A stretch of DNA of 10,598 nt from NCBI GenBank assembly GCA_046754465.1, contig JBHHVU010000079.1, positions 1-10,598 of the forward strand. Reading direction: 5' to 3'. The stretch's first letter is position 1, and each line of letters opens with the position of its first letter. Source of the DNA: Nitrospinaceae bacterium (GTDB lineage Bacteria; Nitrospinota; Nitrospinia; Nitrospinales; VA-1). The position numbers and the translations under genes were made by a program. The notes under the pieces are model-generated. The model saw only the letters and a program-made list of their open reading frames with translations, did not search any database and was not told the DNA's origin. Shown here piece after piece: positions 1-7,950 of the stretch.

Positions 1-26
1 CTTTCCCGATTGATCTCTCCTCAACT

Positions 27-97
27 GCCCGCCCCGCGGGAAGGGGATGGGTCAAGGCTCGATGGGCTTTCCACCGTTTTAGAAAATATAAAACCTG
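27..97 (-). repeat. Dispersed intergenic element, partial or degenerate copy D
   Basis: Reverse complement of 40-58, GCCTTGACCCATCCCCTTC, matches copy B 5184-5202 (GCTTTGACCCTTCCCCCTC) at 16/19. A CAGGTTTT stretch follows the ORF stop, like the CAGGT at the start of the core in copies A and B. Confidence 0.4.
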
Positions 98-1309
98 TTA
101 AAACTTCCCGCGGAGAGTCTCTGCTGACATGTTCTGCCAGTTTTCCACTTTGCAGCATTGACGGTTGAACACCGGATAAAGTGTGAATAGGGGGGTGTTA
201 TAGGGAACGAAGGCGGTGTCCTTTCCCGGACTCAACTGGAGGTGGATGTTAACAAAATTGAAACTCAACCCCTCCTGCCAGGGTTGCGAGGTGGCTTCCG
301 CGTAGGCCTCCACCTTATCGGCGGCGTGGCTTCGGGTTATCAAACCGGACCCGCCCTGCAGTCCGTATTCATAGAGGTCGGGAGCGCCCTGAATCAACAA
401 CGAGACCACCGAGGCATCAAACCATACTTTGAAATTGGTAACGATCTGGACGAAAGATCCAAGGGTTCCCGACCGTTCAAGGACCGCCACGGGGTAAGCG
501 AATTCCGGCGGCACCTCCATCGAAGTCTGTACGTCGGGCGTCTTGAATTCCGGGTCCTTGACCGGAGACGCGGAAATAAACAACAAGTTCGGATCGTCCA
601 TGGAAATATCCAGAACCTGTCCATCGTAATGACTGATCAGTTTTCCCATTTCGCAGGCCAGGGGAAAGGAATACCCCATGCGGGAATAAAATATCCGGAG
701 GATGGCGTCCAGGGGGTCGTCCGGTTTGCGGCTGATTTTTAAATCGAAGGGCAGCATCAAGTGGAAAGCGTTAGTGCGCGAATTCATGAAGGGTGCGCAG
801 GCTCCGGAAAATTCTTTTTGAATATCCGGGTTATCCGGATCAAACTTTCTCGGTGCCCCCGAAAAATGTTGCGCCGACTTGGCTTTGCGGGTCAGCCCAA
901 ATTTTTCCTGATAATAAGCGGAAGCTCGCTTCTGCGCGAGTTCCAGAAAAAATTCCGGAACGTCCGTCTGGACGATGAGCCGCTGTTTTTGTATATCGAA
1001 AGTTCTGAGGGGGCGCATCGCTTCATTATAAATTTCCAGTTCCCCACACGTTTTTTTTATGTCATGCTCTAGCTGCCGGTCAAGCTCAAGATTAAAAAAG
1101 GTCATCTTGGAAAAAAGTTGCCGGGCTTTTTGCAGCAGTTCGACCTTCAGGGAATAGCGTTTCGGTTCCATCGCAAGCGACTGGGCGGTTGCCATGAACA
1201 GGCTAAACTGTTCGTCTGGCAGCAGGCCGATCTGATCCAAATCCTGATCCTTGATAAAAGTCAAAGCCAGGGGACCAAATGCTTCCTCGCGGCGAATGTT
1301 CAGAGTCAA
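98..1309 (-). CDS. Hypothetical protein; C-terminal half resembles the DUF6065 / dUTPase-like beta-fold family
   Basis: 403-aa ORF with a TTG start; an in-frame TAA lies 10 codons upstream, so it cannot extend much further. Motifs CAPFMNSRTNAFHLMLPFDLKIS, LLIQGAPDL...GSGLI and FVNIHLQL...FVPYNTPLFTLYPV recall DUF6065-like proteins (from memory, not searched). Confidence 0.75.
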   Translation of the reverse strand: MTLNIRREEAFGPLALTFIKDQDLDQIGLLPDEQFSLFMATAQSLAMEPKRYSLKVELLQKARQLFSKMTFFNLELDRQLEHDIKKTCGELEIYNEAMRPLRTFDIQKQRLIVQTDVPEFFLELAQKRASAYYQEKFGLTRKAKSAQHFSGAPRKFDPDNPDIQKEFSGACAPFMNSRTNAFHLMLPFDLKISRKPDDPLDAILRIFYSRMGYSFPLACEMGKLISHYDGQVLDISMDDPNLLFISASPVKDPEFKTPDVQTSMEVPPEFAYPVAVLERSGTLGSFVQIVTNFKVWFDASVVSLLIQGAPDLYEYGLQGGSGLITRSHAADKVEAYAEATSQPWQEGLSFNFVNIHLQLSPGKDTAFVPYNTPLFTLYPVFNRQCCKVENWQNMSAETLRGKF

Positions 1310-1484
1310 CCGGTGGCTAATTTTGACCGCACTGGTTTAATTTTGCAAGCATTTTTCTTACCACAGGCAGGAACATTCCGAAAGGTCTGCCTTCTGGAAA
1401 ACGTCCGGGGGAAGATAAAACCGCCTTTTGACCCTCCTTGTCCGCCCAATAACGTTAATCCCAATCACGGTTCTCCGAAAGCAA

Positions 1485-2714
1485 ATGAAACTCAAACTTC
1501 ATTGGCAGATATTGACCGCGATGGTGGCGGGAACGGTTTTCGCCCTGATTTTTGGCCAAGCCTCCAGTTTTGCCGAACCTCTGGGAACTCTCTTCATCCG
1601 CCTGCTTAAAATGATCATTGTTCCCCTGGTGGTATTCTCCATGGTCACCGGAGTCGCCAGCGCCGGCAACCCGAAGAACCTGGGCAGGCTGGGCATCAAG
1701 ACCTTTGCCTATTACATTCTCACCAGCCTGGCGGCCATTTTGATCGGCTTGACCCTGGTCAACCTGATCCAACCCGGAGCCGCCGCCAATCTGCGGATGC
1801 AAGCGGCCCCCACGCCGCCCGCCCCTCCGGATACCATCCTCCCCATGCTGCTGAGGATCGTTCCCGAAAACCCCGTGGCCGCCGCCGCGGAAGGGGATAT
1901 GCTGGGAATTCTGTTTTTTTCCATTTTGTTTGGACTGGGCCTCACCCAGGTGACCCCCACGGTCCAGTCCCGCCTCCTGCCCGTCATGGAGTCGGGCTTC
2001 CAGGTGATGATGAAAATCACCCACCTCATCATCCGTCTGGCTCCTTTAGGGGTTTTCGGTCTCATGGTGGGTCTGGTGAACCAGAATATGGGAAGCGGAT
2101 TTTTCAAGGCGGTGGGCCTGTATATGGTTACGATTGCCCTGGGTCTTTCCCTCCACCTTTTCGTGGTGCTGCCGGCGGTATACTATTTTTTCATGAGGAA
2201 GAATCCGGTGATCCAGTTCGGTCACATGGCGAGCGCATTGGCGACGGTTTTCGCGACCAGTTCCTCGGTGGCCACGCTGCCGGTGACCCTGGAGTGTGTC
2301 GAGCAAAATGCCAAGGTTTCTAACAAGATAGCCGGATTCGTCCTTCCCCTCGGCGCCACCGTCAATATGGACGGAACCGCCTTGTATGAATGTGCCGGGG
2401 TGTTGTTCATCGCCCAGGTCCTGAAAATTCCTCTGGGAATCGAACAACAATTGATTGTGGTGATCACCGCTCTTCTGGCATCCATTGGAACCGCCGCGAT
2501 TCCTTCCGCCGGACTGGTCATGATTTTCATCGTGCTGGATGCGGTGGGTCTACAAAGCGACATGATCCCCATGATCGTCGGGATCATGCTGGCCGTGGAC
2601 CGGCCGTTGGATATGTACCGGGGAATTGTCAATATTTTCAGCGACTCGGTCGGCGCCGTGGTCATCGCCCAATCCGAGAACGAAATCGCCCCGGACCCCG
2701 GGGGAGGGGGTTAG
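1485..2714 (+). CDS. Dicarboxylate/amino acid:cation symporter (DAACS, GltP/GltT/GltPh family)
   Basis: Family motifs LFIRLLKMIIVPLV, FATSSSVATLP, LPLGATVNMDGTALY, LASIGTAAIP and LAVDRPLDMYRGIVNIFSD, plus many hydrophobic helices. ATG at 1485 (MKLKLHWQIL) preferred over the track's TTG at 1428. Confidence 0.95.
   Translation: MKLKLHWQILTAMVAGTVFALIFGQASSFAEPLGTLFIRLLKMIIVPLVVFSMVTGVASAGNPKNLGRLGIKTFAYYILTSLAAILIGLTLVNLIQPGAAANLRMQAAPTPPAPPDTILPMLLRIVPENPVAAAAEGDMLGILFFSILFGLGLTQVTPTVQSRLLPVMESGFQVMMKITHLIIRLAPLGVFGLMVGLVNQNMGSGFFKAVGLYMVTIALGLSLHLFVVLPAVYYFFMRKNPVIQFGHMASALATVFATSSSVATLPVTLECVEQNAKVSNKIAGFVLPLGATVNMDGTALYECAGVLFIAQVLKIPLGIEQQLIVVITALLASIGTAAIPSAGLVMIFIVLDAVGLQSDMIPMIVGIMLAVDRPLDMYRGIVNIFSDSVGAVVIAQSENEIAPDPGGGG
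2676..2710 (+). repeat. Direct repeat, left copy (3' end of the symporter gene)
   Basis: GAGAACGAAATCGCCCCGGACCCCGGGG (2676-2703) matches 5077-5104 at 26/28 positions. Confidence 0.85.
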
Positions 2715-2787
2715 GTCCTGGCATCATCGCCAGTCAGCCTGGGTCCGGCATAAAAGGTAGGAAAAATTACCTGCCGAGGTTCTCGGC
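2684..2787 (-). repeat. Dispersed intergenic element, copy A
   Basis: Reverse complement reads gccgag-aac-ctcggc aggtaatttttcctaccttttatgccggacccaggctgact GGCGATGATGCCAGGACCTA accccctcccccggggtccggggcgatt. The upper-case 20-mer (2712-2731) is identical to 9230-9249. Confidence 0.85.
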
Positions 2788-2816
2788 CCGCCATGCGGGA
2801 GGGGCCGCAAGGCTCT

Positions 2817-2850
2817 CTCCCATTTCCGGCTTCAGGACCGGAAATGGGAG
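2817..2850. terminator. Perfect 13-bp hairpin between convergent genes, probable terminator
   Basis: CTCCCATTTCCGG-cttcagga-CCGGAAATGGGAG, 12 nt past the FG-GAP stop codon. There is no strong U-tract. Confidence 0.65.
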
Positions 2851-2862
2851 TTGAAGGCTTTC

Positions 2863-4524
2863 TCAATTGATAGGTTGCAGGATCAGGTTATTGGTCTCGT
2901 CCGATTCGGCAACAACATTTTGCGGGTCAACATCGATCAGGATAAATTGACCCGCAAGGTCTCCCGCAAGAGTTTTCCTGGATTTGTGCTTGTCCACCTG
3001 CCCCGCCAGCAATCCCGCGGCCCTATTGGCGATAAAGTTCCCCAGGACAGTGTCTGAAGCGTCGAGAACGGAATCGGCCGATAAGTAAGCCACAGCCCCC
3101 CAGAACCCGGCCGCGGGTCCATCTCCAATGTTCTGGATTTGAAATTCGAATTCGAGCTGGGTACTTCCATTCTTGCTTTTTGACCTCAGTTTAACGATTT
3201 CCGCGGTCACGTCGGGCGTCCCCGGGACGATGGTTGGATTGGGCACCGCCTGATTGAGGTACAACCCAAACATGTCACTGGACGCGCTGGCCGCAACCAC
3301 ATCGATATCGCCATCCTGGTCCATATCCCCGGAAGTCACGAAAATCGCCCCGTTCATGGCTCCGAGTGGAAACGCCTGGGAGGGCGCAAAGGTGCCATCG
3401 TTATTGTTCACCATGACCTCGAACTTGGCAAAAAGACTGGTATTGGAGGAAATAAGATCGGGACTCCCGTCCTGATTCAAGTCCGCCGCGGCAACGGTGC
3501 CCTGATGGCTCTGGGTTGGCACCTTTTGCTCCGCGGCAAATGTTCCGTCTCCGTTGTTTGCGAGCACGGAAATCCATTGATGCGGCGGCTGGCTGGTGGT
3601 CACATGATTTGCCGTCGCAAGATCGAGGAAGCCGTCGTTGTTCAAATCCGCGGCAACCACTTGAAACGGGTTTTGCATTACCTCATAGCGGGTCTCCGGC
3701 TCAAAGGTTCCATCGCCGTTGTTAAGCAACACCGATACGGTTCCAAAATGGCGGATGAACGGGGGCGTGATAAAAACAAATTGGCGGCCATTGTTGACGA
3801 CCGCCAGATCCAAACTGCCGTCTCCATTGAGATCGGCCGCGATCACCGAAATCGGTTCGGGGCCCACGGAGATGTGTTCCGCCACATTGAAATTGCCCTT
3901 TCCGTCATTGAACAGGGTAGTCACCGTGTTAGAACCTAAATTTGCAACAGCAAGGTCCGCTATGCCATCTCCGTTCAAATCGCCCGCGGCCACGCCATGG
4001 GGTTCGGCGCCGACCGGAATATTGATCGCCGCCTGGAACGTTCCATCCCGGTTGTTCAAGAGAACCGAGACATCATTGGACGCGCCATTGGCCACTGCCA
4101 GGTCGGGTACTCGATCGCGGTTGAAGTCGCCGGATGTCACGTCGAAAGGAAAAATTCCCGCCGGGTAATCGGCAGGGCCGGAAAAGGTGGCATCCCCGTT
4201 ATTCAGTAAAACCGAAGCCATACCGGAACTCTTACTGGCGGCGACCATGTCCAAAAAGCCGTCCAAATTGAGATCCACGATTTCCACCGCGCGCATGCCA
4301 TCGCCACCCCCAAAATTTCTTGGAGGATCAAAAGCTACGGGAGCGGGTGCAACAGCCGCTCCAACGGCAGCAGCCGGGGTACCCGCTCCACCCACAATAC
4401 TGATTCCGCCATCCGCATTCGTTCCAACACTCACCTGTGCCCAAACGGTGGAAACGCAAAGAAAAACTCCAAACGAACCTGCCAGAATATAACGGACCGC
4501 AACACCGAATTTAGAATCCATCAT
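2863..4524 (-). CDS. Secreted FG-GAP/VCBS-repeat (integrin-alpha-like beta-propeller) protein with C-terminal CARDB domain
   Basis: Signal peptide ending ...STVWA/QV. Seven Ca-binding repeats: DLNLDGFLD, DFNRDRVPD, DLNGDGIAD, DLNGDGSLD, DLNNDGFLD, DLNQDGSPD, DMDQDGDID. CARDB signature at the C-terminus (IQNIGD...DVDPQNVVAESDETNN). GAGGT RBS; the start may be the second ATG at 4521. Confidence 0.92.
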   Translation of the reverse strand: MMDSKFGVAVRYILAGSFGVFLCVSTVWAQVSVGTNADGGISIVGGAGTPAAAVGAAVAPAPVAFDPPRNFGGGDGMRAVEIVDLNLDGFLDMVAASKSSGMASVLLNNGDATFSGPADYPAGIFPFDVTSGDFNRDRVPDLAVANGASNDVSVLLNNRDGTFQAAINIPVGAEPHGVAAGDLNGDGIADLAVANLGSNTVTTLFNDGKGNFNVAEHISVGPEPISVIAADLNGDGSLDLAVVNNGRQFVFITPPFIRHFGTVSVLLNNGDGTFEPETRYEVMQNPFQVVAADLNNDGFLDLATANHVTTSQPPHQWISVLANNGDGTFAAEQKVPTQSHQGTVAAADLNQDGSPDLISSNTSLFAKFEVMVNNNDGTFAPSQAFPLGAMNGAIFVTSGDMDQDGDIDVVAASASSDMFGLYLNQAVPNPTIVPGTPDVTAEIVKLRSKSKNGSTQLEFEFQIQNIGDGPAAGFWGAVAYLSADSVLDASDTVLGNFIANRAAGLLAGQVDKHKSRKTLAGDLAGQFILIDVDPQNVVAESDETNNLILQPIN

Positions 4525-5076
4525 AGACCTCGACCTTTCTGCTGGGTTTTCCTAAAGGCTTAATTTTTTTATTAAAAATATATAGATTTACACTCAAACC
4601 CACTCCACCAAAAAATCCCCGAGCGGGCTCAATTTTCATTAATTGATTGATTTTTAACACTTATATAGGATTTTGAGTTGGTCCGGCCAAGAATTTTCTT
4701 GATCGGATTTAGGTTTTACAGGATTCAGGTTTCCATCTACTTATTGATTTACATTTTCAGAACCCCGAATATATAGATCAAAACCGGATTTGACAAGTAA
4801 AATTTATCCGTTTTGGCACATTTTTGATTTCACAATTCATTTCAATAGATTAAGAGGGTTTTTTTGGAGCTCCCTTTCTGGGAGGGGTTTTGGGTCCAGT
4901 TCAGTCTCGAATAACATTTCCATGCGGAAAGGGCAATTTTGGGCTTTTCTCAAGAGGAAAAATAATACAATCTACGCGGGTGAAATGATATTTTCCCGAA
5001 CCCTGTCGGCATGGTGGAGGGGTGGACCGTTGGGCACAGGTGAATTCGTCATTTCATCAGTAACTTTCCGAAGTCA

Positions 5077-5112
5077 GAGAACGAAATCGTCCCGGCCCCC
5101 GGGGAGGGCGGC
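5077..5112 (+). repeat. Direct repeat, right copy (orphan duplicate of the symporter 3' end)
   Basis: Read in frame from 5071 it encodes KSENEIVPAPGEGG, versus the symporter C-terminus QSENEIAPDPGGGG*. Confidence 0.8.
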
Positions 5113-5240
5113 GAACCGGGGAGTACCTCCCCAGGTAGTTTTGACATGCCTTATATGCCGAACCAGGATGGATCGGCTATGATGCTTTGACCCTTCCCCC
5201 TCAGGGCGTGGCCCGGTGGCGGGGGCGATTGCTCAAGGAC
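5106..5240 (+). repeat. Dispersed intergenic element, copy B
   Basis: Shares GGGCGGCGAACCG (5106-5118 = 9128-9140) and GGCGTGGCCCGG (5205-5216 = 9216-9227) with copy C. By hand, 5134-5216 aligns to 9146-9227 at about 56/83 with one gap. Leading hairpin ggggag-tac-ctcccc at 5118-5132. Confidence 0.8.
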
Positions 5241-5272
5241 TTGTACTTTTAAATCTGAAAGGATCTCTTGAT

Positions 5273-6277
5273 ATGTCTGTCACCTGCTATGCCGCGAAAT
5301 CCGTTAAAAGCCGTTTGGAATCCTTTGAATATCAGCCGGAACCCCTGGGTCCGCACGATGTGGAGGTTGAAATCACCCATTGCGGCATTTGCCACAGCGA
5401 TATCCACCTGATCGACAATGACTGGGGGATCACCAACTACCCGTTGGTTCCCGGCCACGAAATCGCCGGTACCCTTATCGGCCTGGGCTCGGAGGTTCAA
5501 GCGTTCGAGAAGGGTCAACGCGTGGGTATCGGTTGGCAGCGTTCCTCTTGCCTTCAATGCGAATACTGCATCCAGGGATTGGAGAACCTTTGTCCCAAAA
5601 TCAAGGATACCTGCGTCGGTCACCACGGCGGGTTCGCGGAAAAAATCCGCGCCGACAGCCGGTTTGCGTTTCCCCTGCCGGAAGAACTCGATTCCGAAAA
5701 TGCCGCACCGCTGCTCTGTGCCGGGGTGACCGTCTATTCCGCCTTGGTTCATTGCGGCGTCCTCCCTGCCATGCGGGTGGGGGTGATCGGGGTCGGCGGA
5801 CTGGGCCATCTGGCTGTTCAGTTTGCCCGGGCCATGGGATGCGAAGTCACCGCGTTTTCCTCCAGGCCGGAAAAGGAAAGGGAGGCGCGGGAACTCGGTG
5901 CGCATCATTTCGTTCCAGACACCGATCTCGCCACGCTGGAAAAACTGGCCACTACCCAGGATTTCCTGCTATCCACCGTTCCGGTGGATCTGGATTGGAA
6001 AAGTTATCTCGATACCCTGAGACCCGGCGGCAAATTGTGCTTCGTGGGAGTCCCCGGAAAACCCCTGGAGATCCCCGTTTTCAGCCTCATCGTGGGCCGA
6101 AATTCCATTTGCGGCAGCCCGATAGGAAGCCGCACCGATATTAAGGAAATGCTGGCATTCGCCGCTCGGCATCAAATCCAGGCCTGGACCGAATCCTTCC
6201 CCATGTCCGCCGTCAATGAAGGCATTGACCGGGTCCGTAACAATCAGGCACGGTACCGGGTCGTTCTGACTAATTAA
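5273..6277 (+). CDS. NAD(P)-dependent Zn alcohol dehydrogenase / aldehyde reductase, cinnamyl-alcohol-dehydrogenase (Ahr/YahK-like) family
   Basis: CGICHSD and GHEIAG catalytic Zn motifs, structural Zn CLQCEYC...C, APLLCAGVTVY, GVGGLGH nucleotide-binding motif, terminal ARYRVVL. ATG at 5273 follows an AAAGGA RBS. Confidence 0.95.
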   Translation: MSVTCYAAKSVKSRLESFEYQPEPLGPHDVEVEITHCGICHSDIHLIDNDWGITNYPLVPGHEIAGTLIGLGSEVQAFEKGQRVGIGWQRSSCLQCEYCIQGLENLCPKIKDTCVGHHGGFAEKIRADSRFAFPLPEELDSENAAPLLCAGVTVYSALVHCGVLPAMRVGVIGVGGLGHLAVQFARAMGCEVTAFSSRPEKEREARELGAHHFVPDTDLATLEKLATTQDFLLSTVPVDLDWKSYLDTLRPGGKLCFVGVPGKPLEIPVFSLIVGRNSICGSPIGSRTDIKEMLAFAARHQIQAWTESFPMSAVNEGIDRVRNNQARYRVVLTN

Positions 6278-6290
6278 GGGAGGGAAAAAG

Positions 6291-6962
6291 GTGGGCACAA
6301 CCTTTCACCTGGGGGCTGGAACCCCGAACCCGAACCGGATATTTTGTGTCGGGAAAAATTACCGGGAGCATATCCGTGAACTCAACGATGGAGTTCCGGA
6401 TCAACCGGTGATCTTCATGAAACCCGCCTCCTGCCTGGTGGGTGAGGGGGAATTGATCCGCCTGCCCCGCCACGGCTCCTGCCTGCATCACGAAGTGGAA
6501 ATTGCGGTTCTCATCGGTAAAAAGGGGGAAAACATCGCGGAAAACCAAGCCGGGTCCTTAATCGCCGGGGTAACTCTTGGGCTGGACCTCACCCTGCGCG
6601 ATGTGCAATCCGATTTGAAAAAAAGAGGCCTTCCCTGGGAACTGTCCAAGGCCTTCGATCAAAGCGCCCCGATCGGGACGATCCTTCCTGCGTCATCCCC
6701 CTCCATCCTGCAAAACCTGTCTTTTCAATGCTTGGTGAACGGCCAAATCCGCCAGCGGGGAAACACAAACGACATGATTTATCCCATTCCACATATCATC
6801 CACTTTCTCAGCGGAATCTGGGAATTGCAGCCCGGTGATCTCATATTCACGGGGACTCCGTCCGGAGTCGGCCCCCTTCGGTCCGGCGACCAAATAACCA
6901 TTGAAAGTGGCAAGATCGGGAAATTTTCCTGGAAGATAGCGGCCCACGCCCAGAGGCAATGA
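6291..6962 (+). CDS. Fumarylacetoacetate hydrolase family protein (FAHD1/YcgM-like)
   Basis: CVGKNYREH, FMKP, HHEVE, DLTLRDVQ, WELSKAFD and GDLIFTGTPSGVG motifs. GTG start with GGGAGG RBS, 13 nt after the ADH stop, so likely co-transcribed. Confidence 0.95.
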   Translation: MGTTFHLGAGTPNPNRIFCVGKNYREHIRELNDGVPDQPVIFMKPASCLVGEGELIRLPRHGSCLHHEVEIAVLIGKKGENIAENQAGSLIAGVTLGLDLTLRDVQSDLKKRGLPWELSKAFDQSAPIGTILPASSPSILQNLSFQCLVNGQIRQRGNTNDMIYPIPHIIHFLSGIWELQPGDLIFTGTPSGVGPLRSGDQITIESGKIGKFSWKIAAHAQRQ

Positions 6963-6967
6963 TCCGC

Positions 6968-7043
6968 GGGGTCAGGCTTTGCATCCTGGGATCTTGGCGT
7001 TTGGGCGGAAATTAGAACAGTCCCGGATGCAACGCCTGACCTC
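6968..7043. terminator. Long imperfect inverted repeat between convergent genes (terminator-like or REP-like)
   Basis: GGGGTCAGGCTTTGCATCCTGGGA (6968-6991) pairs with TCCCGGATGCAACGCCTGACCTC (7021-7043) around a 29-nt loop. Confidence 0.55.
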
Positions 7044-7060
7044 AATTTGACCCCAATTTA

Positions 7061-7777
7061 TCATTCCATGGAGGCCGCGCGTGGAAACAGGATATCGTTT
7101 TCCTTGTGAATGTGGGATTGCAGATCGGAATCCAGTTCCTTGAGTTTATCGAGCATGGCGCGGTAAGATCCACAACCTCCTTCGGGCAGGGAATATTCAT
7201 CCGTCAGTTCCCGTATTTCCTGCAGCAAATGGTTCGCCCGCTCATGCTCCATTTGCATCACGCGGATGGGATTGTGCAATCCGCCACAATGAGAATCCCC
7301 CGGGCCGAAACCCGATTCCAGATTGCGAATCATGGGGAACAGCACCTTTTCCTCCTTCATCATGTGGGGTTCCAAATCGTTTCTCAGTTGTGTGAAGGCG
7401 TTTTGCAGGTTCCGCAGTTCGGGATGTTTTTTCCCGTGGACGCCGGTCACTTTTTCGATGGCGGCGGTCAATTCCGGCAGCACATTTTTCAAATAGTTGT
7501 GATGTGTCTGTTCGATGTGGTCCACGAGGTCCGTTAAACTCGCTTCAGTCCAGTCCGTCACTTCTTTTTGCCGGGGGGCTTCTTCTTTTTGCCCCGGAAT
7601 CAGGCGGGCAAGAATTTCTTCCGGATCGAGCCCCTTTTCCGCACAGGCTTCCTCAAGCGATTTGTAGCCGCCGCAACAGGAATCGATGCCCAGTTCCTCA
7701 AACAAGGCCGCCCGCCGCATGTCCTGTTTCACAAATTCGTTGATGGGCGTATGAATATTAAAACTTGCCGTGGTCAT
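7061..7777 (-). CDS. ric: Iron-sulfur cluster repair di-iron protein Ric (YtfE/ScdA/DnrN family)
   Basis: ScdA_N-type GIDSCCGG..SLEEAC motif. Hemerythrin-like ligand motifs HIEQTHH, HMMKEE.VLFP, PIRVMQMEHE, HIHKENDILFP. AGGAGA RBS. Confidence 0.95.
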   Translation of the reverse strand: MTTASFNIHTPINEFVKQDMRRAALFEELGIDSCCGGYKSLEEACAEKGLDPEEILARLIPGQKEEAPRQKEVTDWTEASLTDLVDHIEQTHHNYLKNVLPELTAAIEKVTGVHGKKHPELRNLQNAFTQLRNDLEPHMMKEEKVLFPMIRNLESGFGPGDSHCGGLHNPIRVMQMEHERANHLLQEIRELTDEYSLPEGGCGSYRAMLDKLKELDSDLQSHIHKENDILFPRAASME

Positions 7778-7848
7778 GTTCTTCTCCTTATATCAATGGT
7801 CACAACTTGGATGGCATAATTTACTCTAAGTCAAACAGTTGATCATTT

Positions 7849-7930
7849 TAGGATAAAAAGACCTGTTTATCTATATTGTATTTTCAATATAAAACTGTTA
7901 TTATTGGATGTCAAGATGTTAATATCCAAT
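7849..7930. promoter_or_regulatory. Divergent ric/Rrf2 promoter region with candidate palindromic operator(s)
   Basis: AT-rich. ATTGGATGTCAA-gatg-TTAATATCCAAT (7903-7930, arms 10/12 complementary) and TATATTG-tatttt-CAATATA (7872-7891). Confidence 0.55.
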
Positions 7931-7950
7931 TTAAATCCTTTCAGGTCTGT

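Noticed and set aside
2735..2765. Resemblance of CCGGCATAAAAGG to a twister ribozyme or of the element to a known riboswitch
   Set aside because: I could not find the other required conserved nucleotides or pseudoknots by eye. An Rfam cmscan would be needed.
4814..4829. Sigma-54-like TGGCAC site
   Set aside because: No TTGC at the required GG-N10-GC spacing. A similar site near 1333-1346 has only 9-nt spacing.
4790..5182. 130-aa ORF in the long intergenic region
   Set aside because: TTG start, no recognisable motifs, and it crosses an AT-rich promoter-like stretch and repeat DNA. Probably spurious.
7876..7887. FNR/DNR box upstream of ric
   Set aside because: TTG-N6-CAA does not match the spacing or sequence of TTGAT-N4-ATCAA.
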